DNA of 64,000 nucleotides from a candidate division WOR-3 bacterium (GTDB lineage Bacteria; Hydrothermota; Tepidihabitantia; B3-TA06), in the NCBI GenBank assembly GCA_965649265.1, contig CBFGKC010000012.1:1-64000 (forward strand), given 5' to 3'. Every line of letters starts with the position of its first letter. The stretch's first letter is position 1. Made by a program: the position numbers and the translations under genes. The notes below the pieces were generated by a model. It worked only from the letters and a program-made list of their open reading frames with translations, did not search any database and had not been told where the DNA came from. Below, piece after piece: positions 37,415-47,391 of this stretch.

Positions 37415-38659
37415 TTATTTTTCAGGGAATAGCTTAGCTTGCTTTGGTCCACCTGAGTTTGTTAATGGATCACCAAACTCAAAATGTCCTTCAACCCAGA
37501 GATGACCCAGTAGAGCTCCTTCTTTCATAAATCCCTCAATCCCTTTCATATCAAGAGCTCGTTTGGCATTGGTATACCCTTTATCGTCTCTATAAAGGAC
37601 CCAGAGTTCTTCCGGTTTCAGTCCATTTACAAAAAAAGGTGAATGGGTAGTTACCATAAGTTGCGTGCGAGCAGAGGCATTGCGGCATTCTTCTGCTAAT
37701 TCCGGTAGCAGTCTTGGGTGAAGATGATTCTCAGGTTCTTCAATTCCGATTAATTGAGGAGGGTCTGGATCATAAAGGAGTGTAAGATAGGCGAGCATCT
37801 TTAATGTTCCATCGGATGTAAACTTCGCCAAAATTGGTTTATCAAAAGGCGCATCTTTTATTTTCAAAAGGAGTCTGCCGTCTGTCATGATTTCGGCATC
37901 CACTTTTTGTAACTTCGGAACCCTATTAGAAAGTACATCTAGTATTCTATTTAATCTGTCCTCATGTTGCTCTTTTAGGTATTGAATAACATTAGGTAGA
38001 TTATTCCCAGTTTCGGATAAACGTTCTTGTGCGCTAGCTGGGGGGGTCTCTCTAGTGTTGTCAGCAGTGATGTAGGAAAGGTACCAACCTGTGATGAAAC
38101 GACGGAGAGCACTTACGCGAGGGTGTTTTGCAAATTGACCAAGGGTATTTACGGCGATCATATCTGGTGAATCTAGTTTCTCTGGATTTCGTTCATCCTC
38201 TTCATCAGGGACTTCTCCAGTTACAACATCACCTTCGCCATTTCTGAAATCCAAGAACTTGAAAGGTTGGCCTCTTTGACCGCGTCGCCATTTTAACCAC
38301 TCTTCTGCTACGAAAGGTCCTTTTGCCCCTTCATTAATACCGAGATGATAAGTTATAATAGGTAATTGTGGGTTCTCTTTATATTTCAATTCAATAACTA
38401 TAGGCCCATCTGATTCACGACTACGTAATTCCTTAAATCTACCTCGCTTATCCCATGCTTTTCTCAAACCAATCGAAAAACATTCAGACAAAAACGCAAA
38501 AACATCGAATATTGTAGATTTACCACTGCCGTTGGGGCCCAAAAAAACAGTCAATGGGGTAATATTCTTAAATTCTAGGTTTCGAAGAGCGCGATAATTT
38601 TCAACACGTAGATATTCAATACGTGGTACAGTTCGTTCTTCTTGTAGTGTGTTTGCCAT
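37415..38659 (-). CDS. ABC/AAA_21-type ATPase
   Basis: Walker [10 protein letters not shown], signature 'SDGTLKML', Walker B '[12 protein letters not shown]', H-loop 'TTHSP'. Confidence 0.9.
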   Translation of the reverse strand: MANTLQEERTVPRIEYLRVENYRALRNLEFKNITPLTVFLGPNGSGKSTIFDVFAFLSECFSIGLRKAWDKRGRFKELRSRESDGPIVIELKYKENPQLPIITYHLGINEGAKGPFVAEEWLKWRRGQRGQPFKFLDFRNGEGDVVTGEVPDEEDERNPEKLDSPDMIAVNTLGQFAKHPRVSALRRFITGWYLSYITADNTRETPPASAQERLSETGNNLPNVIQYLKEQHEDRLNRILDVLSNRVPKLQKVDAEIMTDGRLLLKIKDAPFDKPILAKFTSDGTLKMLAYLTLLYDPDPPQLIGIEEPENHLHPRLLPELAEECRNASARTQLMVTTHSPFFVNGLKPEELWVLYRDDKGYTNAKRALDMKGIEGFMKEGALLGHLWVEGHFEFGDPLTNSGGPKQAKLFPEK

Positions 38660-38772
38660 AAGTTCCTTCTTCGAAGTACAGTATATAAGAGGGTTTCCTA
38701 ATGTCAAGTTTCTTGACTTCCCCTCCCCCCTCAGTAAAATCGATATTGAAAATCCCCAAGGAGGCCATTTCA

Positions 38773-40452
38773 ATGAAGATAGTCGAGTGCGTACCCAACA
38801 TATCGGAGGGCAGGGACAAGGCGAAGATTGACGCGGTAACTTCCGTAATAGAGAAGGTTAAGGGCGTCAAGCTCCTGGACGTTGACCCGGGCGAGGCCAC
38901 CAACCGTACGGTCATTACCTTCATAGGTGATCCTGATGCGGTGGCAGAGGCGGCGTTCCGTGTGGTCGAGAAAGCGGCTGAGGTCATTGACATGCGCACG
39001 CACAAGGGTGCGCACCCGCGAATGGGCGCGACAGACGTGTGCCCGTTCGTTCCGGTCTCTGGTGTTACTATGGAGGAGTGCGCGGAGATCGCGCGCAGGG
39101 TGGGTAAACGCATCGGCGACGAGCTGGGAATTCCGGTCTATCTCTATGAAGAGGCGGCCTCCAGGTCGGAGTTTAAGAATCTCGCCAACGCGCGGCAGGG
39201 CGAGTACGAGGGGCTTGCGGCCCGAGCAGGCAACGATTACTGGACGCCCGACTATGGTCCGGCGGAGTTCAACGCCAAGGCGGGCGCGACAGCGGTGGGC
39301 GCACGGGAGTTCCTGATAGCCTACAACATCAACCTGAACACGAGGGACAAGAAGATTGCAAGCGACATCGCGCTCGACATCCGCGACTCGGGCAGGGCGA
39401 AGAGGGACGAGGCCGGCAACATCGTGAAGGACAAGGACGGCAAGACCGTGAATGTGCCAGGGCTGTTCCAGCACGTCAAGGCGGTGGGCTGGACCATCGA
39501 GGAGTACGGCCGCGCGCAGATATCGATAAACTTCACGAACTACAAGATTACGCCCATACATGTCGTGTTCGACGAATGCACCAGGCAGGCGCAGATGCGC
39601 GGCGCTCGCGTGACGGGTTCAGAGTTAGTGGGACTTATTCCGAAACAAGCCCTGATCGATGCGGGCAAATACTATCTAGCCAAGATGGGCAAATCCGCCG
39701 GCATTCCCGAATCGGAGCTTATACATATCGCCGTACTCACCCTGGGGCTCTCGGATCTTTACCCTTTCAAGTCCGGTGAAAAGATAGTCGAGAGCTTCGT
39801 CACCAGGGAGGGTAAGCTCGAAGGCATGAAGCTTGCCGACTATTTCGACGAGCTGTCATCGGATTCGCCTGCTCCCGGCGGAGGCTCGGCCGCGGCGGTT
39901 TCGGGCGCGCAGGCGGCCGCGCTCGTGTCCATGGTCGCCAATCTCACCCACGGCAAGAAGGGCTACGAGGATGCATGGGATGAGATGGAGCGTGTTGCAA
40001 TCGGGGCTCAAGCGCTCAAGGACGAGCTAAGGAGAACGATAGACCGCGACACCGACGCATTCAACGGTTTAATGGACGCGTCCAGACTTCCGAAGAAGAC
40101 GCCTGAGGAGCAGGCCGCACGCAGCCTGGCGCTCGAGAAGGCAACGCTCGCCGCGATTGAGGTCCCCCTCTCCGTCGTTCGCAACATGGTCAAGGTCCTC
40201 GATCTCGCGCGAGTCACCGCGAAGAAAGGCAATAAGAACTCGATCTCCGACGTTTCGACCGCGGCCGCCCAGGCGAGAGCGGCGGCAGAAGGAGCGCACG
40301 ACAACGTAATGATAAACGTGCCCGGACTTGCGGATAAAGAAAGAGGCAAGGCTCTGCTCGAAGAGTCAAAGACGCTCCTTGAGAAAGTCCGGAAAATGAC
40401 GGACGAGGTGACGAAAACGGTCCACAAGGTACTCGAGTCGTCGCTGGGCTGA
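38773..40452 (+). CDS. ftcD: Glutamate formimidoyltransferase-cyclodeaminase fusion
   Basis: '[11 protein letters not shown]', '[12 protein letters not shown]', '[10 protein letters not shown]'. Confidence 0.95.
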   Translation: MKIVECVPNISEGRDKAKIDAVTSVIEKVKGVKLLDVDPGEATNRTVITFIGDPDAVAEAAFRVVEKAAEVIDMRTHKGAHPRMGATDVCPFVPVSGVTMEECAEIARRVGKRIGDELGIPVYLYEEAASRSEFKNLANARQGEYEGLAARAGNDYWTPDYGPAEFNAKAGATAVGAREFLIAYNINLNTRDKKIASDIALDIRDSGRAKRDEAGNIVKDKDGKTVNVPGLFQHVKAVGWTIEEYGRAQISINFTNYKITPIHVVFDECTRQAQMRGARVTGSELVGLIPKQALIDAGKYYLAKMGKSAGIPESELIHIAVLTLGLSDLYPFKSGEKIVESFVTREGKLEGMKLADYFDELSSDSPAPGGGSAAAVSGAQAAALVSMVANLTHGKKGYEDAWDEMERVAIGAQALKDELRRTIDRDTDAFNGLMDASRLPKKTPEEQAARSLALEKATLAAIEVPLSVVRNMVKVLDLARVTAKKGNKNSISDVSTAAAQARAAAEGAHDNVMINVPGLADKERGKALLEESKTLLEKVRKMTDEVTKTVHKVLESSLG

Positions 40453-40634
40453 GCGGGTACTGGTCCGGGAGCAGCCAGTCCGGGGACTCCTCGATCGTTA
40501 CTACGGAGCGCGGCAAGAGAGGTTTCAAACTCGAGATGGCGGACGGTTAGTTGTGCGGAAATAACCATTTTGGAGAGGGATCCGCGGAATGTTCGCCGGC
40601 TTGACTTTTAACTTGTCGAATTCTATAATACCGG

Positions 40635-43247
40635 ATGCTGGACGAATTTCCCAAAACATACGATCCCAAGGGGATCGAGGAAAGGCTGGTCAAGGCCTGG
40701 AAAGACGAGAAACTTTTCACGCCGTCGGGCGACGGCACAAGGGAGAAGTTCGTTCTCGTCATCCCTCCGCCAAACGTAACGGGCAAGCTCACGCTCGGCC
40801 ACGTTCTCGATAACGAGTTGCAGGACATCCTCGTGCGCTTCCACTCGCTTTCAGGAAAGGAAGCGCTCTGGGTTCCGGGCATGGATCATGCCGGTATAGC
40901 GACCCAGGTGGTCGTGGAAAAGAATCTTGCGAAGGAGGGAAAGAAGAAGGAGGATCTTGGCCGCGAGGGATTCGTCGCCGAGGTCTGGAAGTGGGCGGAT
41001 AAGCACAAGGGGATAATAAGAACCCAGCACGAACGGCTGGGGTTCGCCGCCGACTGGTCACGCGAGCGCTTCACGCTAGATGAGGGGCTTGTCCGGGCAG
41101 TGAGGACGGTGTTCAAGCATCTTTTCGACAAGGGGTTGATTTACAGAGGACTGCGGGTCGTGAACTGGTGCCCGCGCTGCCACACGGCAATCTCCAACGA
41201 GGAGACCGAGTACGAGGCTGCGCAGGGCTCACTCTGGTACATACGATATCCACTGGAGGACGGCTCGGGTTCGATAACGGTCGCGACCACGAGGCCGGAG
41301 ACCATGCTGGGCGACACCGCGGTGGCCGTGCATCCGGAGGACCCGAGATACGAAAATTTCATTGGCAAGTTCGTGATACTACCTCTCATGGACCGCAAGA
41401 TTCCGGTGATAGCCGACGAGGCGGTCGAGCGCGAGTTCGGGACGGGCGCCGTCAAGGTCACGCCATACCACGACGCATCCGACTTCGCCATGGGCGAACG
41501 CCACAAGCTTGAAAAGATAAGGGTGATAGACGAGAAGGGCACGATAACGAAGGAGGGGGGAGCCTACGCAGGAAAGGACCGCTACGCCGCGCGCAAGGAG
41601 ATTGTGGCCGATCTGGAGGCGAAGGGTCTGCTCGAAAAGATTGAACCTTACAACCTCTCCGCAGCCACTTGCTCGCGCTGCCACACGGTCATCGAGCCGC
41701 TCTTGTCCGAGCAGTGGTTCTGCACGATGAAGCCTTTAGCCGAGCCCGCCATCAGGGCGGTGGAGAACGAGGTAATTCGTTTCTATCCCGAGCGCTGGCG
41801 CAACCTTTACTTCCACTGGATGCGCAACATCCAGGACTGGTGCATCTCGCGGCAGCTGTGGTGGGGGCACCGCATCCCCGTTTATACATGCAAGGACTGC
41901 GGGCACGCCTTCGCGTCCGTGGATGAGCCGGCGAAATGCGAGAAATGCTCTGGAACCTCGCTCGCGCAGGATCCCGACGTCCTCGACACGTGGTTCTCCT
42001 CCTGGCTGTGGCCGTTCTCCGTGATGGGCTGGCCGGAGAAGACCCCCGATCTCGAGCGCTACTACCCGACGACCACGCTCGTTTCGGGCTGGGACATCAT
42101 CTACCTCTGGGTAGCGCGCATGATAATGGCCGGCCTCGAGTTCACGGGAAAACCCCCGTTCTCGAACGTCTTCTTCCACGTCATGATCCGCGACGAACGG
42201 GGTCGCAAGATGTCGAAGAGCCTGGGGAACTCGCCCGATCCACTGGAGCTTATCGAACGCCACGGCGCAGATGCCGTCCGCTTCGGGCTCCTTCTCATCA
42301 CGCCCAAGGAGCAGGACGTTCTCTATTCCGAGGAGCGCATCAAGGTCGGGCGCAACTTCGCCAACAAGCTCTGGAACTCGGCACGATTGCTCGACTCATT
42401 AAGGGACGGCGCAGAGGCTGAGATTCCAGACGATCCCACACCGGCGGAGCGCTGGATGCTTGCAAGGCTCGGGAGAACCGCTCGCGACGCAAAGCAAATG
42501 ATAGAATCACACGAACTCTACAACGCGGCCAAGCTGATCTACACGTTCTTCTGGCACGAATTCTGCGACTGGGGGCTCGAGTTCACGAAGATCGCGAAGA
42601 GGGAGGGACGACCCATATCGGCAGCGCTTTACGCGTTCAAAGCGTCCCTGGCGATGATTCACCCCTACATGCCGTTCATAACCGAGGAGTTGTGGGAGCG
42701 GTTCGGTTTCTCGGAAACAAGGCTCTTTCACGGCCGCTGGCCGGAGTTGCCGGCGGAATTCGAGGACGCAAGCAAGGAGGTGGACGCACTCGTGGACATG
42801 GTCACTGCCGTTCGTACGGCGCGTTCCGAGCTCGGGATTGCGCCCGACGTTACTGCGCCGCTCGCCTTGCTAACGGCTGACGACGGGCTCTTCGAATTCT
42901 TCGAGAAGAACATGAGTTACCTGGCCCTTGCCAAAGTTGACGCGCTCGAGCGCGTCAAGACCAAGCCGCACCCATCTTCGGGCGCCGTGCTTCCATGGGG
43001 TGAGGTTTACCTTCCTCTCGCGGCCCTCATCGAGAAGGGAAAGCTGAACCTCGAGGCTGAACGTGCAAGGCTTGCCAAGGAATCGTCCAAGCTCGCGAGC
43101 CAGATTTCCGGCATCAGGGCCAGACTGGCAAACGAGGAGTTCGTCTCCAATGCGCCCGACGAGATAGTTTCAAAGGAGCGTGAAAAACTCGACACCTTCA
43201 CACGAAAAGTTTCGAGGCTCGCAGAACTTCTGGAGGGTTTGAAATGA
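40635..43247 (+). CDS. valS: Valine--tRNA ligase
   Basis: 'PPPNVTG.L.LGH', 'DWCISRQLWWGH', KMSKS, C-terminal coiled coil. Confidence 0.98.
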   Translation: MLDEFPKTYDPKGIEERLVKAWKDEKLFTPSGDGTREKFVLVIPPPNVTGKLTLGHVLDNELQDILVRFHSLSGKEALWVPGMDHAGIATQVVVEKNLAKEGKKKEDLGREGFVAEVWKWADKHKGIIRTQHERLGFAADWSRERFTLDEGLVRAVRTVFKHLFDKGLIYRGLRVVNWCPRCHTAISNEETEYEAAQGSLWYIRYPLEDGSGSITVATTRPETMLGDTAVAVHPEDPRYENFIGKFVILPLMDRKIPVIADEAVEREFGTGAVKVTPYHDASDFAMGERHKLEKIRVIDEKGTITKEGGAYAGKDRYAARKEIVADLEAKGLLEKIEPYNLSAATCSRCHTVIEPLLSEQWFCTMKPLAEPAIRAVENEVIRFYPERWRNLYFHWMRNIQDWCISRQLWWGHRIPVYTCKDCGHAFASVDEPAKCEKCSGTSLAQDPDVLDTWFSSWLWPFSVMGWPEKTPDLERYYPTTTLVSGWDIIYLWVARMIMAGLEFTGKPPFSNVFFHVMIRDERGRKMSKSLGNSPDPLELIERHGADAVRFGLLLITPKEQDVLYSEERIKVGRNFANKLWNSARLLDSLRDGAEAEIPDDPTPAERWMLARLGRTARDAKQMIESHELYNAAKLIYTFFWHEFCDWGLEFTKIAKREGRPISAALYAFKASLAMIHPYMPFITEELWERFGFSETRLFHGRWPELPAEFEDASKEVDALVDMVTAVRTARSELGIAPDVTAPLALLTADDGLFEFFEKNMSYLALAKVDALERVKTKPHPSSGAVLPWGEVYLPLAALIEKGKLNLEAERARLAKESSKLASQISGIRARLANEEFVSNAPDEIVSKEREKLDTFTRKVSRLAELLEGLK

Positions 43248-43819
43248 GATATCTGGGCTGGATTATTGCGCTTTTAATCGCGGTGGCCGGCGTTGCCGGC
43301 TACTTTATCCTTTACGCGCCGCTCGAGCGCGGCTATAAGGAACAAGAGGCCGAAATAAAGATGTGGACGACCAAGGTGGCCGCACTCGAGGGAAATCCCA
43401 TAGACACGAGCGTTCGTCCCGATACCACGCTCTCGAATCCCGATACGACCCCGGTGAAGGTCGACGGGGGTCTCGTCGGCTCAATATCCGGCGACCTCCT
43501 GTTCATTCAATCCGGAGCAGAGCTCACCGCATCTGGTAAGGCCGAGCTTGACAAGCTTCTCCCCGCGCTCAGGGCGTCTGCGGGCGAAGTGCTTATCATG
43601 GCGCACTGGGACAACGTACGCATGTCATCGGACCGCTATCCGACCAACTGGGAACTCACCTCCGCGCAGGCCGCGTCGGTGGCCCGCTACCTTCTCGCGC
43701 AGGGTGTCGATTCAAAGCGGCTCGTTCCATGCGGGCTTTCGGCGGCAAGACCCCTTGCCTCCAACTCCACCCCGGAAGGCAGGACTAAAAACCGCAGGGT
43801 GGAGATATACCTGAGGTAA
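43244..43819 (+). CDS. OmpA/MotB-like membrane-anchored protein
   Basis: N-terminal TM helix; 'NWELT', 'NSTPEGRTKNRRVEI'. Confidence 0.85.
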   Translation: MRYLGWIIALLIAVAGVAGYFILYAPLERGYKEQEAEIKMWTTKVAALEGNPIDTSVRPDTTLSNPDTTPVKVDGGLVGSISGDLLFIQSGAELTASGKAELDKLLPALRASAGEVLIMAHWDNVRMSSDRYPTNWELTSAQAASVARYLLAQGVDSKRLVPCGLSAARPLASNSTPEGRTKNRRVEIYLR

Positions 43820-43914
43820 AACTCGAGAAATGAACGAAAAGCCTCCAGACTTGCCGCGGTTGTCGCATTGCCGCATTCAACCCGCGTCGGCCGGGAGATA
43901 AACAGGAGAACCTA

Positions 43915-44769
43915 GTGAAGGTCAGATACCTCGTCAATCCGTCTGCCGGGAAAGGCAAGACAGGCAAGCACTGGAGACAGATGTTCGCGGGGAAGGGCCT
44001 GGACGTCCGGCTCTGCGACGAAGTGGGCATGATAGAGCATTACACCGAAGAGGCCGTAAGCCAGGGTATCACGAGGATCGTCATAGTGGGCGGCGACGGC
44101 TCACTCAACACCGCAGTAAACGCCCTTCACGGCGCAGGGGTTGAACTGGCCATCGTCCCTACCGGTTCCGGGAACGATTTCATCCGCACCGCGGGCATCA
44201 GCTACGTCGAACCCGAACACTATCTCGAGCCCTTGAGCACGCGCAGGATAGACCTCGGCAAGGCGGGCGACCGCCTGTTCGTGAACATATTCGGCTCAGG
44301 CTTCGATGCAGACGTGGCGCGCGGAATGCAGCAGAACCGCTGGAAGGGTGATTTCGGTTATTTCATAGAAGTGATGAAAACGCTTTCCCGCTTCAAATCG
44401 CCGACGGTCACGATGGAAACCGAGAGCGAGAAGCTCGAGATCGAGGCGATGACGGTATCCGTCGGCAACGGCCGCTGGCACGGCGGCATGTTCATGCTTA
44501 CGCCGGACGCCGATCTCGAAGACGGTCAGCTTGACCTCTGCCTCGTGAGAAAGATCCCCAAGCTCAGATTCCTCACACTCGTGCCTACATCCGTTAAAGG
44601 GAAGCACGTCGAGATTACCGACGTTGTTTCGATGCACCGATTCAAACACTTGAAGCTTTCCTTCTCCTGTGAGGTCAACTATCACGTTGACGGTGAAGTC
44701 CTGCCTGCGACCGCGGACCGGATAGAAATAACCGTCATCCCGAAAGCGCAAGCGATAGTGATCCCATGA
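43915..44769 (+). CDS. Diacylglycerol/lipid kinase family (YegS/DgkB-like)
   Basis: 'NPSAG', 'GGDGS', 'PTGSGNDF', 'GFDA'. Confidence 0.92.
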   Translation: MKVRYLVNPSAGKGKTGKHWRQMFAGKGLDVRLCDEVGMIEHYTEEAVSQGITRIVIVGGDGSLNTAVNALHGAGVELAIVPTGSGNDFIRTAGISYVEPEHYLEPLSTRRIDLGKAGDRLFVNIFGSGFDADVARGMQQNRWKGDFGYFIEVMKTLSRFKSPTVTMETESEKLEIEAMTVSVGNGRWHGGMFMLTPDADLEDGQLDLCLVRKIPKLRFLTLVPTSVKGKHVEITDVVSMHRFKHLKLSFSCEVNYHVDGEVLPATADRIEITVIPKAQAIVIP

Positions 44770-45323
44770 AACCGCCGCGACAAATGATGACTGTTTTCGT
44801 TATTTCTTCAGTCTTTCTTCTCTTTAGCCTGCCCTTTCATGCAAACGGTCAAGCGGTTACACCGGATTCGCTCGGCAACCCAGTCGATTCGCTTGCCCGG
44901 GAGGGGAAAAAACCGATCGCTGATACCGCACAAGCCGCAGACCTGAGGTCTTCGCGCACCGCAATGCTTCTTTCACTCTTCATTCCAGGTGCCGGGCAGG
45001 TCTACAATGAAAGCTACTGGAAAGCAGGCATAATCACTGCCGCCGAAGTGACCCTTGCTTCGCTCGCGGTAAGAGAACATCTTTTACTGACGAATATCTC
45101 TACACAGTTGCCCTCAAGCGTTCCGGATTCAATAAGGGAAGACTTGATAACGGGCTACAGGGATCGCCGCAACGCCTTCGCCTTTCTTGCCGGAGTCGCC
45201 ATCATCTATTCGATATCCGATGCATACGTGGACGCTCACATGTTTCATTTTCGCGAACAGCAAACACTCTCCGTTGTCCCGTCCGATCGCGGTCTTGGAT
45301 TCTCGGCTAAATTGAACTTCTGA
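44766..45323 (+). CDS. DUF5683-like membrane/exported protein
   Basis: 'AMLLSLFIPGAGQVYNESYWK', 'DAYVDAH'. Confidence 0.75.
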   Translation: MKPPRQMMTVFVISSVFLLFSLPFHANGQAVTPDSLGNPVDSLAREGKKPIADTAQAADLRSSRTAMLLSLFIPGAGQVYNESYWKAGIITAAEVTLASLAVREHLLLTNISTQLPSSVPDSIREDLITGYRDRRNAFAFLAGVAIIYSISDAYVDAHMFHFREQQTLSVVPSDRGLGFSAKLNF

Positions 45324-45458
45324 GACCCTCCTTGATCCCCAAATACTCGTTGATCGTTCTCTCTTAGAAGATCCTCTACTTAATTCCGGAAATCCTGGAT
45401 CGGCAGCGGCGCAGGTTTGTTCGAATGAATGCAAAAAAGAGTATCTTTAGAGAGGAGG

Positions 45459-45700
45459 AGTGTTACGGGTGTTACGGGTGTTACTTCCTTTGATTCTCCG
45501 TTGTTGATGGAAGTGCCCCGCAGGGGTACGGGTGTTATTTCCTTTGATAAAGCTGCATATGGAAACGCCCTATGAGATATAGCCATATCTCAAGGGGCGG
45601 ACCCTGACCTATGGAATACAGATTCATTCCAAGGGTCAGACTCTCTCCTATGGGGACGGGTTACGGGTGTTACGGGTGTTACAGATGTTATGGGGGGACG
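45459..45700. repeat. Composite intergenic repeat: GGGTGTTAC 9-mer tandems flanking two CCTATG-hairpin-CAAGGG units
   Basis: Tandem 9-mers at 45459-45484 and 45655-45690; hairpins at ~45567-45597 and ~45604-45639. Confidence 0.75.
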
Positions 45701-45703
45701 GGG

Positions 45704-46480
45704 TTACCTGGTCGCGGTCTCCAGACCCGTGCGGATGTCTGCGATGCCTGCGAGGCGGGAGAAATCCGAGTAGTGCCAGATTCCTGAAAGCTCCTTGTCC
45801 TTGATTCTATAAATAACGACACCGAGACCCAGGGATGTCCCGTAGGCCGTAACGAAAAGGTTGTTAATCGTGAAACCGGTGCCGAAGAGAGGAGGATCCT
45901 CTATTTGCCATTCGACGGCGTATGTGGGACCGGTCTGGTCAATCTTGAGAACGCCCTTGTAGCTGCTGCCGTTGGGATTTGTGCCCGTAAGCGTCCATGT
46001 GCCGGAGAGCTTGAGCGTAGAGTATTTGAGATCGGGTGCGCCCTCCGATTTCTCCCAGACGTACTTGTCGTCGCCTGCTCCGACCTTGAGTCCCGATATG
46101 CCGCTGCCGGACTTCTGGTATACGGCCACGCCGACGCGCTTACCCCTGGGAAGATTTATTTCGTATGCCGCACCAAGATACCCGTCAACCTCGAGACCGT
46201 TGCCGTAGTAGGTCTCACCCGAGGACGTCTTCCAGCAAAGATTATACCCTTTCTCCACCCGTCTTATCAAGAGCGTATCGGCGGAGCCGTTCCATTGATT
46301 AACGAGGTAAGTCCCCGAAAAATCGACAGGCTCGACCTTGGTGACCGCGTCCTTGTTCTGTTTCTTTCCGGCGACCTCAAGAAGGCTTTCGATTCTCCAG
46401 CCGTTGAGCGAGATTAGCCACACGAGACCTATGGCAATAACGAGAAGGAAAAAGATCAAGACACCCCAGGGCTTGCGCAT
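45704..46480 (-). CDS. Membrane-anchored protein with two beta-repeat domains (LIC10280-like)
   Basis: 'LSGTWTLTGTNPNGSSYKGVLKI.QTG.TYAVEW'; SD AAGGAG before ATG 46480. Confidence 0.65.
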   Translation of the reverse strand: MRKPWGVLIFFLLVIAIGLVWLISLNGWRIESLLEVAGKKQNKDAVTKVEPVDFSGTYLVNQWNGSADTLLIRRVEKGYNLCWKTSSGETYYGNGLEVDGYLGAAYEINLPRGKRVGVAVYQKSGSGISGLKVGAGDDKYVWEKSEGAPDLKYSTLKLSGTWTLTGTNPNGSSYKGVLKIDQTGPTYAVEWQIEDPPLFGTGFTINNLFVTAYGTSLGLGVVIYRIKDKELSGIWHYSDFSRLAGIADIRTGLETATR

Positions 46481-46586
46481 CAATATACTCCTTGGTTCAT
46501 TTGAAGGAAAGGATACGCCCGGTATTGTGCATGTCAACAAGGGGATGCCGCGAGCGGCGCGCAGCCGCTCGCGGCAAAGGTACATA

Positions 46587-47318
46587 CTATTGCTTGACCG
46601 CTTTCTCAGGACTCAAGTTGATTTTGTCTACGTCCTCAAAATCTTCGTACGCCGTAAAAACCCATTTCCCGTCGAGGGTGGAACCCTTGATTTTGTAAAC
46701 GGTTATTCCTGCTCCGTCTTCGTCACCGAAGCCCACAATCGCAATGTTGTCTACTACGAAACCGGTTCCGGGAAAACTCGAGCCGTCGTCCCACTCCCAG
46801 TAGGCCTGGAAGGTTTCGCCCGAGCGCTCCAGGGTGAGGGTGTTCTCGTATTCCTCGCCGTCAATGTATTCCCCCTTCGCGTCGTAGACGCCTGCAATGC
46901 TGCGCGTGGAAGCCTTGAGTTCATCGACCCCGCGGCTTTTTTCGTAGGAGACCTCTTCGCCTCCGGCAGGTGTCCATATTCCCGTTATCTTCGAACCTTT
47001 CATCTTATAAGCTGCGATGCCCGCGCCGTCTTCAGCGGCGTAGACTACTCCCAGAACTCCTTCCATTTCTATACCTGTGCCGTAATGGGTCTGGCCGTTG
47101 GGGAAGTTCCATTCGAGCACGTATCCTTCGCCGGCTTTCTTGATGGTCAGGGTTCCCTGGTAATCAGGACCCTCAATGTTGTATGTGCCCGCGAAATTGC
47201 GTGAACTTGTGGTGGGAAGCACGGGTTCCTTTCCTCCTCCTTTGCCCAGGCCGCAGCCGGTTACGACGAATGCCGCAATAAGCAAAGGCAGAAACGCTAG
47301 AACGAGATTTTTCTTCAT
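46587..47318 (-). CDS. Lipoprotein with two copies of the same beta-repeat domain
   Basis: Lipobox VTGC; 'FAGTYNIEG..YQGTLTI.K.GE.Y...W' occurs twice. Confidence 0.75.
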   Translation of the reverse strand: MKKNLVLAFLPLLIAAFVVTGCGLGKGGGKEPVLPTTSSRNFAGTYNIEGPDYQGTLTIKKAGEGYVLEWNFPNGQTHYGTGIEMEGVLGVVYAAEDGAGIAAYKMKGSKITGIWTPAGGEEVSYEKSRGVDELKASTRSIAGVYDAKGEYIDGEEYENTLTLERSGETFQAYWEWDDGSSFPGTGFVVDNIAIVGFGDEDGAGITVYKIKGSTLDGKWVFTAYEDFEDVDKINLSPEKAVKQ

Positions 47319-47391
47319 GGATTCCTCCGTGATTTCTTGTTAACGGCCAAGAATATCCCGCAATTCGTTCTTGTCAAGGCTCGAATCTATC

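Noticed and set aside
40453-40590. Structured ftcD-valS intergenic region considered as T-box, tRNA-Sec or SRP RNA
   Set aside because: No TGGNACC T-box, and the valS promoter lies downstream; TTCAAA lacks a proper anticodon stem or cloverleaf; GGTCCGGGAGCAGCC only partly resembles SRP domain IV. Only short hairpins are supported.
45380-45586. 68-aa ORF containing VTPVTPVT
   Set aside because: Produced by the intergenic 9-mer repeat; no SD or other coding support.
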